Assembly (NCBI RefSeq): GCF_030068545.1
Contig: NZ_JASJOR010000010.1
Coordinates: forward strand, 57,395-121,394
Source: Xanthocytophaga flava
GTDB lineage: Bacteria; Bacteroidota; Bacteroidia; Cytophagales; 172606-1
Reading direction: 5' to 3'
Length of the DNA: 64,000 bases
Of this stretch, positions 60,267-64,000 are shown in pieces. The notes under the pieces were generated by a model. That model was not told the origin of the DNA and searched no databases. It saw only the letters and a program-made list of their open reading frames with translations. Position numbers and translations under genes: made by a program. Position 1 is the first letter of the stretch, and each line of letters starts with the position of its first letter.

Positions 60267-61952
60267 TCACTCTAGTACTACCTTTCGGGTCACCACTTTA
60301 GTCTCGCTTACAAGTTGAATAATATAAAGTCCTGAAGCCAGATTTAACTCTGAAAATGTGTTAGTGCGTCCTTCTATCTTTTTACTTCTGGCAATACTAC
60401 CCTTCGAATCAATAAGGTTTATGCAATTATACATCCCTACCTCTTTCTCACCCAAAACCACACTAAACCCCCTGTTTCTTGCAGTTGGATTGGGATATAC
60501 AGAAATTTCATTGTCAGAATTCATCTCATCAAAAGCAAGTCGGGAACCAGATGCAGCGGTAATAGTCCACTTCTGACAAGCACACCCGTTATAATCCCAT
60601 AATCCCAGTTGTGTACCTGCTGTTGTAGCTGCACCAGGCACCTCCACTACTTTTTCTGAATTAACCGGATTGAAAACATGACTTCCATCGGCAGTACGAA
60701 ACACTCTAAACTTTTGGCAATCATTGTTCAATGCACTATAGAGCTGAAGTTTGGTTCCGTTTGCGCTCCCGCAATTGATTATATCCACTACATTTCCAGT
60801 AGACATAGCTGTCTTGATCTGATACGCCCCATTTCCAGTGGTGGTAAATATCCATTTCTGGCAAGTTAATGACGAAGAAGCTGTTCCCTGAGCTACAGCC
60901 TGCCCTGTCACTCCTGTACATCCCCAGGCATCCCAGTTCATCCCACTATTGATATTTTTAATGGTATAAGTTCCGGCGGCAATCCAGTCACGGGTCAGAA
61001 AAGGCCAGTTACTACTAAAGCCCATGTTGATAATATCCAGCTTAGGCGCACCATTGTCATTTCCATCATAAAAATGAATGGAAACAAAGTTAGAACCTGC
61101 CTGCCGTAATAATCCAACGTGTCCTGGTCCAATAAAACGGCCAGAAGAACTTAACATGGTAGAACCTCCCCCACTTTTAAGATCTGTACCATTTTTATCG
61201 ACAAATGGCCCGGTAGGACTGGTAGATCTTCCCACCACAATATAATAGGTACTACTGGTACCATTGCAACAGGAACCTCGGTTTACAAACAAGTAATAAT
61301 AACTTCCTTCTTTGATTAGACAAGCACCTTCCCAGTCTGCTCCGCTGCCACCAGCCACACGAACGGGGGTAGATCCTGATTTTACCTTTCCTGTAGAAGG
61401 ATCAAGCTGTACTACAGCAATACCAGCCGACCATGAACCGTAAGCCATATACACATTACTGCCATCTACTAAAATAGAAGGGTCAATGGCATTAAAGTTG
61501 GAAGTAGTTTGTGACTGCACTACCATCCCCTGATCAGTCCATGGGCCAGCCGGAGTGGATGCGGTGGCTACCCCAATAGCAGACACAGGCGATCCAAATG
61601 TGGAACACGAATAGTATAGATAGTATTTACCTCCAAAGTAGGCTATATCCGGAGCCCAGTAGGTATCATTATTATTCTTAAAGTTAGGGACAGCCGTGTC
61701 TATCCAGGAGGGACGTGTTGGCATAGCCACAGATGCATCCGTCCAGGTAATCAAATCTGTTGAGTAACGAGACGGGATTTTACTTCCTGTCATAAATATC
61801 CAATAGGTACTTCCACTTTTAACAATTGTACTGGGATCATGAATACCTATAGATCCTTTTAACAACTGTGCAGAGGCAGTGTGTACATGTACTAGGGTTG
61901 TTAAGATAAGACTAACACTCAATAAGGTGTTAAAAAAGTGTTTGTGTGACAT
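60267..61952 (-). CDS. GH43 endo-1,5-alpha-L-arabinanase with a ricin-B (CBM13) domain and a T9SS type-A C-terminal sorting domain
   Basis: GIHDPSTIVKSGSTYWIFMTG is the GH43 Asp-containing motif. QxW repeats are present (CQKWIF, CQKFRV, CQKWTI). The C-terminus ISVYPNPT...YIIQL...KVVLE resembles the Por_Secre_tail. Confidence 0.75.
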   Translation of the reverse strand: MSHKHFFNTLLSVSLILTTLVHVHTASAQLLKGSIGIHDPSTIVKSGSTYWIFMTGSKIPSRYSTDLITWTDASVAMPTRPSWIDTAVPNFKNNNDTYWAPDIAYFGGKYYLYYSCSTFGSPVSAIGVATASTPAGPWTDQGMVVQSQTTSNFNAIDPSILVDGSNVYMAYGSWSAGIAVVQLDPSTGKVKSGSTPVRVAGGSGADWEGACLIKEGSYYYLFVNRGSCCNGTSSTYYIVVGRSTSPTGPFVDKNGTDLKSGGGSTMLSSSGRFIGPGHVGLLRQAGSNFVSIHFYDGNDNGAPKLDIINMGFSSNWPFLTRDWIAAGTYTIKNINSGMNWDAWGCTGVTGQAVAQGTASSSLTCQKWIFTTTGNGAYQIKTAMSTGNVVDIINCGSANGTKLQLYSALNNDCQKFRVFRTADGSHVFNPVNSEKVVEVPGAATTAGTQLGLWDYNGCACQKWTITAASGSRLAFDEMNSDNEISVYPNPTARNRGFSVVLGEKEVGMYNCINLIDSKGSIARSKKIEGRTNTFSELNLASGLYIIQLVSETKVVTRKVVLE

Positions 61953-62143
61953 AGTACTTTACTGAAATGAAGTAAAACAGTAACCTACAGTGAGGTTTGC
62001 AGGATGGAAATAATGAAATAGATTGTTTGTCTCACCTATTCCATTACTTTTTGTTTTGTATGGCAATGGATAGTATGCTAAAAGCCTCCTACCCCATTCT
62101 TCCTTCATTTGAAGGAAGGAATTTCAGTAACTATAACTCGTAT

Positions 62144-63622
62144 TTATAAGGTCTTTTTCTTGCCCCATATCCCCAATCCTTGTTTATTGATACCAGAAAA
62201 AACAATGGTTGGACGTTTATTTTCCCAATCCCATTCTCGCCAGATCAATAACTCCAGTTTCTCTTTTGTAGCGGAGTTAACAACTTCCAGCGATTGACCA
62301 CTCAATTTCCAATACATATCTTTCTGATTTTTCACGTTTCCATTGACCAATAATTCCACTAGTTTTGAGTTATTAAATAGGGTTGTATCATATTTCCATC
62401 CACCACGTATTTGTCCCTGCCAGAGTTGAGTCTTATCAGCGATTTCTGTTAACTCAATCTGTTCCCACTCTCCAATGAGTTCTTTCTTTTCTATTTTACG
62501 TTGTGGCACATTTGCATATCGTTCAGGAGAAACCACAGGCCAGCCATCTTTTGTCCAGTTCATTTTCCGTACATGCAATACCATTGGTTGATTAGTCGGT
62601 GCCAGACGTCCCTGGTGCAGCATGTAATAGGCTCCGTTATCATTAATGACACTACAATGTCCTACTCCAGCCCAACCTGCATGATTTTGAAAACGATAGG
62701 CATAGGTCAGTATGGGATAGTTATTGGTAGTATCGGCCATATTTCTGCCATTCCTATCACAATAAGGCCCCTCCGGTTTATCGGCCCTACCTACCCGTAC
62801 ATTATAATGAGTAAACAAAGCATCATACGAAACAAACAAGTAATACTTTTTAAACTGAGGATTGTATATCACTTCTGGCGCTTCCACAACACGACTCTTC
62901 GTATCTGCCCTATTCACAACCAGATGCCCCAGATCTCCTTCTTTAACAGGAAGTCCGGTAACGGGATTGAGTTCGACACAGTATAGCCCACCAAAATAAG
63001 AACCATACAACATCCACTGTTTCTTATTGGCAACGTCATCGACAATAGTTGGATCTATGGCATTCATCAAGCTTGTCGAATCTGTTTTTACCACATCTCC
63101 TGCCGGAGTCCAGGGGCCAGTAGGTGATGTACTGGTAGCGAGTCCGATATAAGAAGTCTTTTTTCCAAAAAGAGATACAGCATAGTACATCCTGAAAGTA
63201 TTGCCTTGTTTCAACACATAGGGAGCCCAGACGTTCTGGGGCTCTTTCCCTCCGCTGACAGATCGTATATGCTGTATAGCCTCATCGGGAATCTTATCCA
63301 ATGCCCATCCCAGAAATTCCCAGTGTACCAGATCTTTGGAACGACGCACCTGAATATTTCCCTGCTTTACTTGCGGATTTTTTCGTTCAGCATTTCTGGG
63401 AAAATAAATAGCATCCGTGGAGTAGACATAATAGTACTCCCCTACTTTGATACAGGAAGGGTCATGGACATTATACCCTGCCCATTCTTTATAATGATCC
63501 AATCCGGCAATGTCTGTATAATCGTCTTTTATCTGTGGATCTAAGGTTTGTGTTTGTGCAAAGCCTCTCATGAAAGATCCCACTAACCAGAATAAAAATA
63601 TGATTCGAATTTTTAGAGTCAT
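62144..63622 (-). CDS. GH43-family glycoside hydrolase (arabinanase/arabinofuranosidase-like) with a C-terminal beta-sandwich domain; secreted
   Basis: Signal peptide present. It has NVHDPSCIKVGEYYYVYSTD and WAPYVLKQGNTFRMYYAVS. Confidence 0.75.
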   Translation of the reverse strand: MTLKIRIIFLFWLVGSFMRGFAQTQTLDPQIKDDYTDIAGLDHYKEWAGYNVHDPSCIKVGEYYYVYSTDAIYFPRNAERKNPQVKQGNIQVRRSKDLVHWEFLGWALDKIPDEAIQHIRSVSGGKEPQNVWAPYVLKQGNTFRMYYAVSLFGKKTSYIGLATSTSPTGPWTPAGDVVKTDSTSLMNAIDPTIVDDVANKKQWMLYGSYFGGLYCVELNPVTGLPVKEGDLGHLVVNRADTKSRVVEAPEVIYNPQFKKYYLFVSYDALFTHYNVRVGRADKPEGPYCDRNGRNMADTTNNYPILTYAYRFQNHAGWAGVGHCSVINDNGAYYMLHQGRLAPTNQPMVLHVRKMNWTKDGWPVVSPERYANVPQRKIEKKELIGEWEQIELTEIADKTQLWQGQIRGGWKYDTTLFNNSKLVELLVNGNVKNQKDMYWKLSGQSLEVVNSATKEKLELLIWREWDWENKRPTIVFSGINKQGLGIWGKKKTL

Positions 63623-63658
63623 TTTAGGTAGAAGATTAATGCAATTGGAGAAAGAATT

Positions 63659-64000
63659 TTACTTCTTTCCCCAGATTGCTTTTCCATTGGCATCTAATCC
63701 GGTAAATACGAGGCAAGCTTTTTTGTTTTCCCAATCTCTTCCACGCTCAACATATACTTTGGTAGTTGCACCACTCTGAGTTAGTGAAAGCCAGGGAGCT
63801 GTATATGTCCACTTAGTATTTGAAGCATCATTGATGGTACCATCGGCATTTAATTTTACTAAAACAGACGTCTGAAAATCAGGAGATACTTGTTCAACTG
63901 AATACCCCGGAACAACCTGATAATTTAACGTAATCTGCTCCCATTCTCCTGCCAGTTCTGAAGTAGCAATGGTTTTCTGTTCAGTAGCAGCATATCGTTC
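63659..64000 (-). CDS. GH43-associated C-terminal domain protein (partial; N-terminus lies beyond the window end), paralogue of 62144
   Basis: Hand translation of the minus strand ends ...ERGRDWENKKACLVFTGLDANGKAIWGKK*. This parallels WREWDWENKRPTIVFSGINKQGLGIWGKKKTL of the 62144 product. Confidence 0.45.
   Translation of the reverse strand, partial: ERYAATEQKTIATSELAGEWEQITLNYQVVPGYSVEQVSPDFQTSVLVKLNADGTINDASNTKWTYTAPWLSLTQSGATTKVYVERGRDWENKKACLVFTGLDANGKAIWGKK

Noticed and set aside
62090-62125. Hairpin CTTCCTTCA-TT-TGAAGGAAG between the two GH43 genes as a terminator
   Set aside because: It has no U-tract on either strand and the genes are probably co-transcribed. It may be an intra-operon stability element, but the evidence is too weak to call.

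Overview
This is a chromosomal segment from a Bacteroidota genome, probably Cytophagia- or Sphingobacteriia-like. The taxon call rests on about 40% GC, two type IX secretion (T9SS) C-terminal sorting domains, a NUDIX-type AraR regulator, LytTR and Crp/Fnr regulators, and many TlpA-like redoxins. All calls are made by eye from the sequence and the supplied ORF track; no searches or computations were run, and the ORF track uses ATG, GTG and TTG as starts.

The window is gene-dense, with about 54 CDS and no rRNA, tRNA or CRISPR array detected. It has three parts.

- **1-29 kb:** mixed housekeeping and stress genes. These include a PAS sensor (partial), Crp/Fnr plus pirin, a LytS/LytTR two-component pair, a large SBBP-repeat T9SS substrate, HemJ, SUI1, tandem thioredoxin-fold proteins with an ECF sigma factor, GapN, and an Rpn-family PD-(D/E)XK nuclease whose (RLEG)n repeats are encoded by a 12-bp tandem DNA repeat.
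- **29.5-44 kb:** an accessory-looking stretch. It holds a ~54-bp inverted repeat pair 5.9 kb apart, a 262-bp MITE-like element, and two divergently oriented paralogous cytoplasmic proteins with a leucine-rich-repeat / BRCT-like / helical / leucine-rich-repeat architecture.
- **46.4-64 kb:** a single-strand arabinan/L-arabinose utilisation locus. It runs galM, fsa, HAD, Na+/solute symporter, araD, GH51, araA, araB, NUDIX AraR, GH51, a GH43-CBM13 protein with a T9SS tail, GH43, and a partial GH43-like gene. Conserved TTGTGT-N8-ACACAA palindromes upstream of araR and araB are candidate operators.

The most interesting non-coding signal is a 300-bp region downstream of a DUF4112 gene. It carries four phased copies of a ~17-bp GGTCAAAC-containing motif and ends in a perfect 18-bp-stem terminator on the minus strand. 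This could be a repeat-bearing sRNA or a regulatory array.
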